Position numbers and translations under genes: made by a program. The notes beneath the pieces are model-generated. The model saw only the letters and a program-made list of their open reading frames with translations, was not told where the DNA came from and made no database searches. 32,000 nt of DNA from assembly GCA_900234795.1 (NCBI GenBank), contig LT962688.1:1530001-1562000 (forward strand), given 5' to 3'. Numbering within the stretch: position 1 is the first letter of the stretch; the number at the start of each line of letters is the position of its first letter. The stretch is from Methylorubrum extorquens (lineage in GTDB: Bacteria > Pseudomonadota > Alphaproteobacteria > Rhizobiales > Beijerinckiaceae). Positions 15,290-23,959 of the stretch are shown here, one piece after another.

Positions 15290-16207
15290 TCACGCCGCCA
15301 GGAAAGTCTGCAACGCTCGCAAAGTCGGCTCCGGCGCCTCCTCGGCCATGAAGTGGCCGGAGGCGATGCGGGCGCCCTGCGCCCGTGGCGCAAAGGTCCG
15401 TTGCCAAGCCGCCAGCGCGGTCTCGGGCTTGTCCCGGTCGAGATAGGCCTCGCTCGCGAGCACCAGAACCGGCATCGCCAGGGTCCGGCCTGCAGCGAGG
15501 TCGGCGCGGTCGGCGGCGCGGTCCGGCCCGTCGGCGCCGCCGGCCCGGTAATCCTCGCACATCGCGTGGATGCGCTCGGGCACGGCCCAGGCCTGCCGGT
15601 AGAGGGTGAGCGCACGGGCGTCGAAGGCGGTCAAATCATGTGCGGCGGTCCAGTCGCGCAGCAGCCCCTCGAAATAGCCGTCCGGATTGCGGCGGATCAC
15701 CGTCTCCGGTTCCGGGGCGGGACGCGACAGGAACGGCCAGTGCGGGTTCGCCTTAGGATTCGCCTCGATGCGGGCCCACTGCACGTCGGTCGGCACGATG
15801 TCGAGCAGCGCGAGGCGCTCGATCCGGCCCGGTTCGTCGAGGGCGAGCCGGTAGCCGATGCGGGCGCCGCGATCATGGCCGGCCAGCGCGAAGCGGATAT
15901 GGCCGAGCCGCTCCATCACTGCGACGATCTCCGCCCCGAGTCGCCGCTTGGCGTAGGCGTTCTCCCCACTCCCCGAATCCGGCGCGGCCGACCAGCCGTA
16001 GCCTTTCATGTCGAGGGCGATGACGCGGTGCGTCTGGGCGAGCGCCGGCGCCAGCCGGTGCCACATCGCGTGGCTCTGCGGGAAGCCGTGCAGCAGGAGG
16101 AGCGGCGGCGCGGATTCGGGGCCGCCGGCCCGGCCGAACCAGCGGCCCGCCGGCCCCTCGATCCAGAGCGGCGCGAAGCCGGGAAACAGGTCGTCGCCCT
16201 CTGCCAT
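15290..16207 (-). CDS. alpha/beta hydrolase of the haloacetate/fluoroacetate dehalogenase subfamily
   Basis: ..LLLLHGFPQSHAMWHRLAPAL..ALAGHDRGARIGYRLALDEP..LALLDIVP..NPHWPFL..MCEDYRAG..SGHFMAEEAPE.. ATG 16207 is preceded by GGAAGGA. The Asp nucleophile sits in GHDRG and both downstream Arg residues are present (DRGAR). Confidence 0.8.
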   Translation of the reverse strand: MAEGDDLFPGFAPLWIEGPAGRWFGRAGGPESAPPLLLLHGFPQSHAMWHRLAPALAQTHRVIALDMKGYGWSAAPDSGSGENAYAKRRLGAEIVAVMERLGHIRFALAGHDRGARIGYRLALDEPGRIERLALLDIVPTDVQWARIEANPKANPHWPFLSRPAPEPETVIRRNPDGYFEGLLRDWTAAHDLTAFDARALTLYRQAWAVPERIHAMCEDYRAGGADGPDRAADRADLAAGRTLAMPVLVLASEAYLDRDKPETALAAWQRTFAPRAQGARIASGHFMAEEAPEPTLRALQTFLAA

Positions 16208-16379
16208 CCGCTGTCCTTCCGACGTCACCGCTTCCGTATCGCGGATAACGGCTCGGTGGGGCGAAGGCTCCGGCGTACCCGACCCGACAGCCGTCTGGGG
16301 CCCTGAGATTGCGGTGATGCAACCTTGCGGAATTTTCTAAGGTCTGTGCAATTCAGGCGACAGTCATGGGGCCCTTCTG

Positions 16380-16408
16380 CACTTGGAGGCCACTTGAGTC
16401 TCACTTGG
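16380..16408 (+). repeat. three CACTTG(G/A) direct repeats at exact 11-bp phasing in the leader of the GGDEF-EAL gene
   Basis: CACTTGG at 16380, CACTTGA at 16391, CACTTGG at 16402. They lie in a locally low-GC 280-bp intergenic region. Confidence 0.6.
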
Positions 16409-16510
16409 GCCAACACGGAACGGGTAAAATTTAGGCGAAATGTCCAAGACGCGGGCATGAGGAAATATTCACTTTTAGGCGTAAAAGTCCGGCTCGTCCG
16501 CGGTGATCTC

Positions 16511-18613
16511 ATGCCCCTGAACGACCTCGAAGAACTCGCGCGAATCGCCTTCGACTGGCTCTGGGCCACCGATGCCGAGGATCGATTCAGCTACGTCTCC
16601 CCAGGCGCCGAGCGTGTGCTGGGCCGCTCTCCGGCGGAGCTGATCGGGCTCACACGGTCGGCCCTGGTCTGCGAGGGGGAGGGTGAGAGCCTTGCCGTCT
16701 ACCGCGAGACGATCACCGCCCGCCGCCCGTTCCGCGACCTGACCTACGTCTACCGCCATCCCGACGGCACGCCGCGCTGGTTCGAGATCAGCGGCCGCCC
16801 GCATTTCTCGCCCGAGGGCGATTTCCTGGGCTATCACGGCGTCGGCAGCGACGTCACCGAGCAGCACCGGACCCGGTGCGCCCTGGTCGAGGCGCACGCC
16901 GAACTCAGCGAGCAGAACCGGCGCTTCGACGCGGCCCTGGAGAACATGACGCACGGCCTGTGCATGTTCGATGCGGAGCAGCGGCTCGTGGTGTGGAACC
17001 GGCGCTACCTGGGGATCTTCGGCCTGCCCGACGACGCGGTCCATGTCGGAATGGGCCAGCGCGCCATCATCGAGATGCTGGTGGCGCGTGGGTGCTATAA
17101 GCGCGGCGCCACGGTCGATGCGATCAGCGAGGGCACCCGCACCTCGCTCAGCGGAGACGGGTCGAAATCGGTTTTGCGCGAACTCGCCGACGGGCGGGTC
17201 ATCGCCGTGATCCACCGGCCCATGGCCGATGGCGGCGGCTGGGTGGCGACCTTCGAGGACATTACCGAGCGTCGGCGCAACGAGGCGCGCATCATCCACA
17301 TGGCCCGCCACGACGGGCTCACCGACCTGCCGAACCGCACCCACCTGCGCGAGGTCGGCGCCGAATGGCTCGCGACGTTGCGCACCGCCGCGGAGGCGCC
17401 GCTCGCGGTGCTCTGCCTCGACCTCGACCGGTTCAAGCCGGTCAACGACAGTTTCGGCCACGCGGTGGGCGATGCCCTGCTGCGGGCGGTGGCCGATCGG
17501 CTGCGCGGGCATGTGCGCAGCCACGACGTCGTGGCCCGGCTCGGCGGCGACGAATTCGCAGTGCTCTCCCGCGTCGAGGATGCGGCCGCGGCCGCGGCCC
17601 TGGCCGAGCGCCTGATCGAGACCGTGGCCGCGCCCTACACCCTCGACGGGATCACCGTCGAGATCGGGATGAGCGCCGGCATCGCCCTGGCCGAGGGCGA
17701 CGTCCCGCACGACATCGAGCGCCTCCTCAAGGAGGCCGACCTCGCCCTCTACGAGGCGAAGACCGAGGGGCGCGGCACCGTCCGCCTGTTCGAGCCGCAG
17801 ATGGACGAGACCCTGCGCGAGCGGCTCGGCCTCGAACGCGAGCTGCGCGAGGCGCTCGCGCAGGACCGCTTCGAACTGCATTATCAGCCGCTCGTGGACC
17901 TGTCCGACAACCGCATCACCGGCATGGAGGCGCTGATCCGCTGGCACCATCCCGAGCGCGGGCTCGTGAGCCCGGCGGTGTTCATCCCGCTCGCCGAGGA
18001 GAGCGGTCTGATCGTGCCGATCGGCGAATGGGTGCTGCGCCAAGCCTGCCGGGACGCGGTGGACTGGCCGGGCGAGATCAGCGTGGCCGTCAACGTCTCG
18101 CCGCTGCAGCTGCGCCACCGCGGCTTCATCCAGAGCGTGCTCGGCGCGCTCGCGGCCAGCGGCCTCAAGGCGAGCCGGCTCGAACTGGAGATCACCGAGA
18201 ACGTGCTGCTCGACGACACCGAGGCGAACCTCGAAACGCTCCACACCCTGCGCAAGCTCGGCGTGCGCATCTCCATGGACGATTTCGGAACCGGCTATTC
18301 CTCGATCAGCTACCTGCGCCGCTTCCCCTTCGACAAGATCAAGATCGACCGTTCCTTCGTGCGCGACTGCGCCGCCGAGTCGGAGGCCGGCGCGATCATC
18401 CGCGCCATCGTGAGCCTGGGGGCGAGCCTCGGCATCACCACCCTGGTCGAAGGCGTCGAGACCGAGCCGCAACTCGCCACCATCCGGGCCGAGGGTGCGC
18501 AGGAGGTGCAGGGTTACCTGTTCAGCCCGCCCCGCCCGGTCCACGAGATCGCCGTCCTGCTCGAAGCCGGGACCACGGCCGAGGGCCGGCCCGGGCGGAC
18601 GCTGGCGGCCTGA
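16511..18613 (+). CDS. PAS/PAC-PAS-GGDEF-EAL cyclic-di-GMP turnover protein
   Basis: Two PAS-like segments (..FDWLWATDAEDRFSYVSPGAERVLG.. and ..FDAALENMTHGLCMFDAEQRLVVWNRRY..). The GGDEF domain has an intact RLGGDEFAV. The EAL domain has an intact MEALIRW, plus ..ELEITE.., ..DDFGTGYSS.. and ..VEGVETE..QGYLF. The start at ATG 16511 was chosen because 16325-16510 is low-GC and non-coding-like; ATG 16457 is the alternative. Confidence 0.88.
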   Translation: MPLNDLEELARIAFDWLWATDAEDRFSYVSPGAERVLGRSPAELIGLTRSALVCEGEGESLAVYRETITARRPFRDLTYVYRHPDGTPRWFEISGRPHFSPEGDFLGYHGVGSDVTEQHRTRCALVEAHAELSEQNRRFDAALENMTHGLCMFDAEQRLVVWNRRYLGIFGLPDDAVHVGMGQRAIIEMLVARGCYKRGATVDAISEGTRTSLSGDGSKSVLRELADGRVIAVIHRPMADGGGWVATFEDITERRRNEARIIHMARHDGLTDLPNRTHLREVGAEWLATLRTAAEAPLAVLCLDLDRFKPVNDSFGHAVGDALLRAVADRLRGHVRSHDVVARLGGDEFAVLSRVEDAAAAAALAERLIETVAAPYTLDGITVEIGMSAGIALAEGDVPHDIERLLKEADLALYEAKTEGRGTVRLFEPQMDETLRERLGLERELREALAQDRFELHYQPLVDLSDNRITGMEALIRWHHPERGLVSPAVFIPLAEESGLIVPIGEWVLRQACRDAVDWPGEISVAVNVSPLQLRHRGFIQSVLGALAASGLKASRLELEITENVLLDDTEANLETLHTLRKLGVRISMDDFGTGYSSISYLRRFPFDKIKIDRSFVRDCAAESEAGAIIRAIVSLGASLGITTLVEGVETEPQLATIRAEGAQEVQGYLFSPPRPVHEIAVLLEAGTTAEGRPGRTLAA

Positions 18614-18810
18614 CGGATCTTTTCGCGAGCTTTCGAGCGCCGGGGACAGGCTCCGGGCGCCTTTACGCGTCGAAGCCCCGCCCTGCCCCGCCAGGGTTCG
18701 AAATCCAATCCGCTCGATCGTGTGAGGGGTTGCTGAGGGGGGAGCGCGTTCTCGAGTTGTGATGAGCCGCTTACCCGGCCCAGACGGGGGCTGCGATCAG
18801 ACGAGCGCGG

Positions 18811-19887
18811 CTACCCGACTCGGGTCTCGGGGGAAACGGATTGCAGCGCCGTTCCTCGTGCTGACGCACCGCGCTCGTACCAGCCCTTCGAGCGGTTCAC
18901 GATCCACACGACCGACAGCATGACCGGCACCTCGATGAGGACGCCGACCACGGTGGCGCGCGCCGCGCCCGAGTTGAAGCCGAACAGGCTGATGGCGGCC
19001 GCCACTGCGAGTTCGAAGAAGTTCGAGGCGCCGATCAACGCCGAGGGGCCGGCGACGCAGTGCTGTTCGCCCGCAGAGCGGTTGAGCAGGTAGGCCAGCC
19101 CCGCGTTCAGGTAGACCTGGATGAGGATCGGAACCGCGAGCAGACCGATGACCGCCGGCTGGGCCAGGATCTGCTCGCCCTGGAAGCCGAACAGCAGCAC
19201 GAGGGTGGCCAGCAAAGCCACCAGCGAGACCGGACCGAGCCGGCCGAGCAGGCGGTCGAGGGCGGCTTGGCCGCCGGACGCCAGCAGAATTCGGCGGACC
19301 GCCTGCGCGATCACGACGGGGATGACGATGTAGAGCACCACCGACAGCACCAGCGTTCCCCATGGGACGGTGATGGCCGACAGGCCGAGCAGAAGGCCGA
19401 CGAGGGGCGCGAACGCCAGCACCATGATGGTGTCGTTGAGCGCCACTTGGCTCAGCGTGAAGTGCGGCTCGCCGCGGGTCAGGTTCGACCAGACGAACAC
19501 CATCGCCGTGCAGGGCGCGGCCGCCAGGATGATGAGCCCGGCGATGTAGCTGTCGATCTGCTCCGCCGGCAGGTACGGTCGGAACAGGGTGCCGATGAAC
19601 AGCCAGCCCAGCGCCGCCATCGAGAACGGCTTCACCGCCCAGTTGATGAAGAGCGTCACGCCGATGCCGCGCCAGTGCCGCCCGACCTGGCGCAGCGCGA
19701 CGAAGTCGATCTTGAGCAGCATGGGGATGACCATGAGCCAGATCAGCACCGCCACCGGCAGGTTCACCTTGGCGACCTCGGCGGCGCCGACAGCGTGGAA
19801 GACGCCGGGCATGACGTGGCCGAGCGCGATGCCGGCCACGATGCACAGGGCCACCCAGAGGGTGAGGAAGCGTTCGAACAGGGACAT
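18811..19887 (-). CDS. acr3: ACR3-family arsenite efflux permease
   Basis: MSLFERFLTLWVALCIVAGIALG..VNLPVAVLIWLMVIPMLLKIDF..ILAAAPCTAMVFVWSNLTRGEP..ALNDTIMV..LIGASNFFELAVAAAISLFG.. is the typical ACR3 sequence. SD GAGGAAG. Confidence 0.92.
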   Translation of the reverse strand: MSLFERFLTLWVALCIVAGIALGHVMPGVFHAVGAAEVAKVNLPVAVLIWLMVIPMLLKIDFVALRQVGRHWRGIGVTLFINWAVKPFSMAALGWLFIGTLFRPYLPAEQIDSYIAGLIILAAAPCTAMVFVWSNLTRGEPHFTLSQVALNDTIMVLAFAPLVGLLLGLSAITVPWGTLVLSVVLYIVIPVVIAQAVRRILLASGGQAALDRLLGRLGPVSLVALLATLVLLFGFQGEQILAQPAVIGLLAVPILIQVYLNAGLAYLLNRSAGEQHCVAGPSALIGASNFFELAVAAAISLFGFNSGAARATVVGVLIEVPVMLSVVWIVNRSKGWYERGASARGTALQSVSPETRVG

Positions 19888-19896
19888 CGGGCTTCC

Positions 19897-20334
19897 TCAG
19901 GCGGCGCTGATGCGACGACCGTGCTCGTCCACCACGCGCTCGCCGTCCTCCTTCACGAACGCGCCCTGCTGGGCGGGCAGCAGGTCCAGCACCGCCTCGG
20001 ACGGCCGGCACAGGCGCACGCCCTTCGGGCTCGCCACGAGCGGGCGATTGAGGAGGGCCGGGTGGGCCTCGATCGCGTCGAGGAGCTGCGCGTCGGTCAG
20101 GGCCGGATCGTCGAGACCGAGCTCGGCGTAGGGCGTGCCCTTTTCGCGCAGGACATCTCGAACCGAGAGGCCGGCGCGGGCGAGCATCCGGGTGATGAGC
20201 GCCCGGCTCGGCGGAGTCTTCAGGTACTCGACCACGTGCGGCTCGATGCCGGCGTTGCGGATCATGGCCAGGGTGTTGCGGGACGTGCCGCAGGCAGGGT
20301 TGTGGTAGATGACGACGTCGAACGCCTCAGGCAT
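19897..20334 (-). CDS. arsC: arsenate reductase (glutaredoxin-coupled ArsC family)
   Basis: ..VVIYHNPACGTSRNTLAMIRNAGIEPHVVEYLKTPPSR..LLNRPLV.. has the catalytic Cys in HNPxCGTSRN. Its start overlaps the arsR stop by 8 nt (ATGCCTGA). Confidence 0.92.
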   Translation of the reverse strand: MPEAFDVVIYHNPACGTSRNTLAMIRNAGIEPHVVEYLKTPPSRALITRMLARAGLSVRDVLREKGTPYAELGLDDPALTDAQLLDAIEAHPALLNRPLVASPKGVRLCRPSEAVLDLLPAQQGAFVKEDGERVVDEHGRRISAA

Positions 20335-20686
20335 GGGCGGTGTCTCCGGTGGGGCAGTCGCAGGCGGACAGGGCGGCGACCGCCGGGGCGCAGACCTCAG
20401 GCCGACCCTGGCAGCAATCGCGCATCAGAAAGGCGATGAGGGCGGACAGGCCAGCATATGCGGCGCTGTAGATGACCGACTTGCCCTCGCGCCGGAACGT
20501 GATCAGCCCGGCATGCGAGAGCTCCTTCAGGTGGAAGGACAGGTTGGTGCTGGCGACCCCGACCTCGGCCGCCAGCGCCCCGGCCGCGAGGCCGTCGGGC
20601 CCGGCGATGACGAGCGCGCGCACGACACGGAGGCGGTGCTCCTGGCCGAGTGCGGCGAAGGCGGCGAGGGCTTGCCGTTCGTCCAT
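20327..20686 (-). CDS. arsR: ArsR/SmtB-family arsenite-responsive repressor with a C-terminal Cys triad
   Basis: ..LGQEHRLRVVRALV..GLAAGALAAEVGVASTNLSFHLKELSHAGLITFRREGKSVIY.. is the wHTH domain. It has no ELCVCDL site in helix 3. Instead it has CCQGRPEVC, with Cys spacing n, n+1, n+7 near the C-terminus. Confidence 0.9.
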   Translation of the reverse strand: MDERQALAAFAALGQEHRLRVVRALVIAGPDGLAAGALAAEVGVASTNLSFHLKELSHAGLITFRREGKSVIYSAAYAGLSALIAFLMRDCCQGRPEVCAPAVAALSACDCPTGDTAHA

Positions 20687-20700
20687 TGTTGGCCCATCAA

Positions 20701-20716
20701 TTCAACGTTTGTTGAA
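20701..20716. promoter_or_regulatory. perfect palindrome TTCAAC-GTTT-GTTGAA in the 50-bp arsR/arsH divergent intergenic region; candidate ArsR operator
   Basis: Read directly from the sequence. It is centred between the arsR ATG (20686) and the arsH GTG (20737). Confidence 0.5.
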
Positions 20717-20736
20717 GCGTATGGAAAGATTGCCGC

Positions 20737-21504
20737 GTGGACAAGCCCCATCAGCCGTTCGCCGACGGGTTGCCGAACCTCTCCGAGGCGCATGTCGAAC
20801 TGCCCACCGCTGAGCGGGTGCAGGCGTCGACGCCGCTCGCGCACGCGCCGCGCTTCCTGATCCTCTACGGTTCGCTCCGGGAGCGCTCCTTCAGCCGGTT
20901 CCTGGCCTACGAGGCGGCCCGGTTGCTGGAGGCGATGGACGGCGAGGTGCGGATCTTCCACGCGCACGGCCTGCCGCTCCCCGACGACGCGACGGCCGAC
21001 CACCCGAAGGTGCGGGAGCTCCGCGAACTCTCGGTCTGGTCCGAGGGGCAGGTCTGGGTGAGCCCCGAGCGGCACGGCAACCTGACCGGGGTGATGAAAA
21101 GCCAGATCGATTGGCTGCCGCTGAGCGAGGGCTCGGTCCGCCCGACGCAGGGGCGCACGCTTGCGGTGATGCAGGTGTCGGGCGGTTCGCAGAGCTTCAA
21201 TGCGGTGAACAGCCTGCGGGTGCTCGGGCGCTGGATGCGGATGATCACCATCCCGAACCAGTCCTCGGTGCCGATGGCCTACAAGGAGTTCGACGAGGCC
21301 GGCCGCATGAGGCCGGGACCGCTCTACGACCGGGTCGTGGACGTGTGCGAGGAGCTGATGAAGTTCACGCTCCTGACCCGCGGACGGGCCGATTACCTCG
21401 TCGACCGCTACTCCGAGCGCAAGGAGCGTGAGCCCGATCGGCTCAAGGCGGTCGCCGCCGATGTGGGCTTTGTCCGGGCACCATCCTCCGAGCGGGCATC
21501 GTAG
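20737..21504 (+). CDS. arsH: ArsH, NADPH-dependent FMN reductase (organoarsenical oxidase)
   Basis: ..[108 protein letters not shown].. is the canonical ArsH sequence. GTG start. Confidence 0.92.
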   Translation: MDKPHQPFADGLPNLSEAHVELPTAERVQASTPLAHAPRFLILYGSLRERSFSRFLAYEAARLLEAMDGEVRIFHAHGLPLPDDATADHPKVRELRELSVWSEGQVWVSPERHGNLTGVMKSQIDWLPLSEGSVRPTQGRTLAVMQVSGGSQSFNAVNSLRVLGRWMRMITIPNQSSVPMAYKEFDEAGRMRPGPLYDRVVDVCEELMKFTLLTRGRADYLVDRYSERKEREPDRLKAVAADVGFVRAPSSERAS

Positions 21505-21538
21505 GCCGGCCGAACGCGGCGGGGCCGGGCGCTTCCCC

Positions 21539-21564
21539 GGAACGCTTCGCTTCCGGCAACCGTT
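21539..21564 (+). promoter_or_regulatory. sigma-EcfG (alphaproteobacterial general stress response) type promoter
   Basis: GGAAC (21539-21543), 17 nt, CGTT (21561-21564). This is an exact match to GGAAC-N16/17-CGTT. It lies about 110 nt upstream of a DUF1328 gene, a family I recall as a regular member of PhyR/EcfG regulons. Confidence 0.65.
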
Positions 21565-21672
21565 TTCAGCGCCATCGACGGAACGATTCCGGCAGCTTGG
21601 CAATTTCTCAGCCAGGACAGACTTCGAAAGACACTGCAAGACATCGTCCGAGACGGACGTCAGGAGGATACC

Positions 21673-21849
21673 ATGATCGGTTGGGCTGTTACCTTTCTCG
21701 TCGTCGCTCTGATCGCTGCGCTGCTCGGCTTCGGCGGCATCGCCGGCACCGCCGTGGAAGCGGCCAAGATCGTGTTCTTCGTCGCGATCGCGCTGTTCCT
21801 GATCTCGGCGGTGATGGGCGCGGTGCGCGGTCGTTCGCCGCGACTGTGA
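21673..21849 (+). CDS. UPF0391/DUF1328 small membrane protein (YtjA-like), 58 aa
   Basis: Own translation: [67 protein letters not shown] at 21662-21668. It is below the ORF-track size cut-off. Confidence 0.88.
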   Translation: MIGWAVTFLVVALIAALLGFGGIAGTAVEAAKIVFFVAIALFLISAVMGAVRGRSPRL

Positions 21850-21876
21850 CCGACTGGGACCGCACGGTTCGATGAA

Positions 21877-21910
21877 AGGGCGGCCCTCGCGGGCCGCCTT
21901 TTCCTTTTGT
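21877..21910 (+). terminator. Rho-independent terminator after the DUF1328 gene
   Basis: AAGGGCGGCCC-TCGC-GGGCCGCCTT followed by TTCCTTTTGT. Confidence 0.8.
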
Positions 21911-21939
21911 GCAACCCGCTGCTCTGATAAGGGGCGCGG

Positions 21940-23947
21940 ATGACCGACATTCCAGACCCCTCCCCGGCCGTGCCCGCGGACCAACCCGCCACGCCCGAGG
22001 GCGAGCGCATCGCCAAGGCCATCGCCCGCGCCGGCATCGCTTCCCGCCGCGACGCGGAGGCCTTGATCGAGGCCGGCCGCGTCACCCTCAACGGCAAGGT
22101 CCTGACCTCGCCGGCGATCAACGTCACCGATTCCGATCGCATCACGGTGGACGACGAGCCCCTGCCCGCCCGCGAGCGGACCCGGCTGTGGCTGCTGCAC
22201 AAGCCGCGCGGCGTCGTCACCACCGCCCGCGACCCGGAGGGCCGCCCGACCGTCTTCGACGGCCTGCCCGAGGAGCTGCCGCGGGTCGTCGCCATCGGCC
22301 GGCTCGACATCAACACCGAAGGGCTGCTGCTCCTCACCAATGACGGGGGGGCTGGCCAAGGTGATCGCCCATCCCGATACCGGCTGGCTGCGCCGCTACC
22401 GGGTGCGCGCCTTCGGTGACGTGACCCAGCCCGATCTCGACAAGCTGAAGAAGGGCCTGACCGTCGACGGCATGGAGTACGGCCCGATCGAGGCGACCCT
22501 CGACCGGGCGCAGGGCGACAACGTCTGGCTGACGCTCGGCCTGCGCGAGGGCAAGAACCGCGAGGTCAAGCGCATCCTCGAGCATCTCGGCCTGTCGGTG
22601 AACCGGCTGATCCGGCTCTCGTTCGGACCGTTCCAGCTCGGCGACCTCGAAGTCGGCCTCGTCGAGGAGATCCGCACCAAGGTTCTGAAGGACCAGCTCG
22701 GAAAGAACCTCGCCGAGCAGGCCGGCGTCGATTTCGAGAGCCCGGTGCGCGAGACGATCGCCCCCTTCGGAAGCCCGAAGAAGGCCACCCGCGCCACGCA
22801 GGCGGCGCCCGCAGGACGGGGCCGTCAAGGCGCGCGCGACGAGGGCACCTCGGAAGCCCGCTCGGGGCCTCGCGGCGGCTCGGCCGGCCGTCCGCCGCGC
22901 GATCCCGCCCGCCCTGCCGCCCCCCGCGCCGGGGCACGCCCGGCCCCGCGTCCCCCTTCCCCGACCGTGTGGCGCGCCGACGAGGAGACGCGGCCTCGCG
23001 CCTCGAAGGTGCCGCGCCGGGGCATGGACCCCAAGACCGCCCGCGCGGAGGCGGCCGAGCGCGGCCGCGAGCGGGTCGGCGCGATCCAGGCGGCCGGCGA
23101 GCGCCGGGTGCTGGTGGAGCGGCTTCAGCCCTCGCCCGAGAAGCCCGCACCCGAGCCGCATCGCCGGGTCCGCTTCCGCAGCGAGGAGGAGCGGTCCGCG
23201 CCCCGCGACAGGGCGCGCGAAGACAGGCCGCGCCAGGATCGGCCGCGTGAAGACCGGCCGCGCGATGACAGGCCGCGCAGCGAGGGACCGCGCGAGAACC
23301 GCGCCCGCGACGAGCGGCCGGGCCGGGACGAGTTCCGCCGTGGCGCACCCGCGGGCGATGCCCGTCCCCGCCGTCGTGAGGCCGGGGAGGCCGCACCGGC
23401 CGAGCGGCGCGGGCCGCCCCGCGAGCGCCCGTCCGATTTCGAGGGGCGTCCGCCGCGCGAGCGGAGCGAGGGCCGGCCTCAGCGTGACTTCCCTGGTGAC
23501 TCCCGTGAGCGCGGCGAGGGCGCACCCCGCCGCGAGCGGCCGAGCGAAGGGCGCCCGCCCGAGCGTCGCGGCCCCCCGCGCGACCGGCCCCGTGCCGCCG
23601 AGGGCGAGCGGCCGGCCCGCCCCACGCGCGGCGCCGAGGCGTCCGATCGTCCCGCCTTCCGCAAGGGACCCGGCAAGGGGCCCGGTGGTGCAGGCAAGAG
23701 CTTCGGCGGCAAGCCCGGCTTCAAGGGCGGTGACCGCGACGGCGCCAGGGGCGATTTCAAGGGCGGCGCGAAAGGTGGCCCGCGGGGCGACTTCAAGCCC
23801 GGTGGCGGCGGCCGGCCCGGTGGGCGCCCGGGCGGACGTCCCGGCGGCAAGCCCGGCGGTGCCCCCGGTGGACGTCCCGGTGGTGGCGGCAAGCCGGGAC
23901 CGCGCGGGGGCGGACGTCCGAGTCGTCCGCCGCGTGGCGAGGGCTAA
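21940..23947 (+). CDS. rluB: 23S rRNA pseudouridine synthase (RluB/RsuA family) with a long R/G/P/E/D-rich C-terminal tail; as written it is broken by a +1 frameshift in the G7 run 22345-22351
   Basis: S4 domain GERIAKAIARAGIASRRDAEALIEAGRVTLNGKV. Catalytic motif VVAIGRLDINTEGLLLLTNDGG, then a frame switch, then LAKVIAHPDTGWLRRYRVRAFG..VWLTLGLREGKNREVKRILEHLGLSVNRLIRLSFGPFQLGDL. With one G removed the gene is 669 codons. Confidence 0.88.
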
Positions 23948-23959
23948 GGGGCTTCGCGC

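Noticed and set aside
16424-16450. GGAAC in the GGDEF-EAL leader, as a possible EcfG promoter.
   Set aside because: The sequence at N16/N17 is AAAT/AATG, so there is no -10 match.
16475-18544. A 689-aa ORF on the minus strand. Similar very long ORFs occur at 12455-14254(-), 20527-22359(-), 22334-24073(-), 26011-27633(-), 29581-31239(-), 27879-29795(+), 18797-20011(-), 19060-20439(+), 8518-9474(+), 9802-10869(+) and 14461-15615(-).
   Set aside because: All lie antisense to, or out of frame with, genes that have unmistakable family motifs. Their products are Arg/Gly/Pro/Ala-rich and low in complexity with no motifs. Stop-free shadow frames like these are expected at about 70% GC.
18694-18706. 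GGGTTCGAAATCC resembles a tRNA T-arm, and could be read as an att remnant marking the ars cluster as an island.
   Set aside because: The flanking bases do not form a T-stem or an acceptor stem. No second copy and no integrase or IS are nearby. A 12-nt resemblance alone is not evidence.
21580-21605. A second GGAAC upstream of the DUF1328 gene, as a possible tandem EcfG promoter.
   Set aside because: The positions at N16/N17 read CAAT/AATT, so there is no GTT -10 element.
23190-23900. Short tandem nucleotide repeats that might suggest a CRISPR, VNTR or satellite array.
   Set aside because: They are in frame within the rluB tail and encode DRPR- and GGRPG-type peptide repeats. There is no repeat-spacer architecture.
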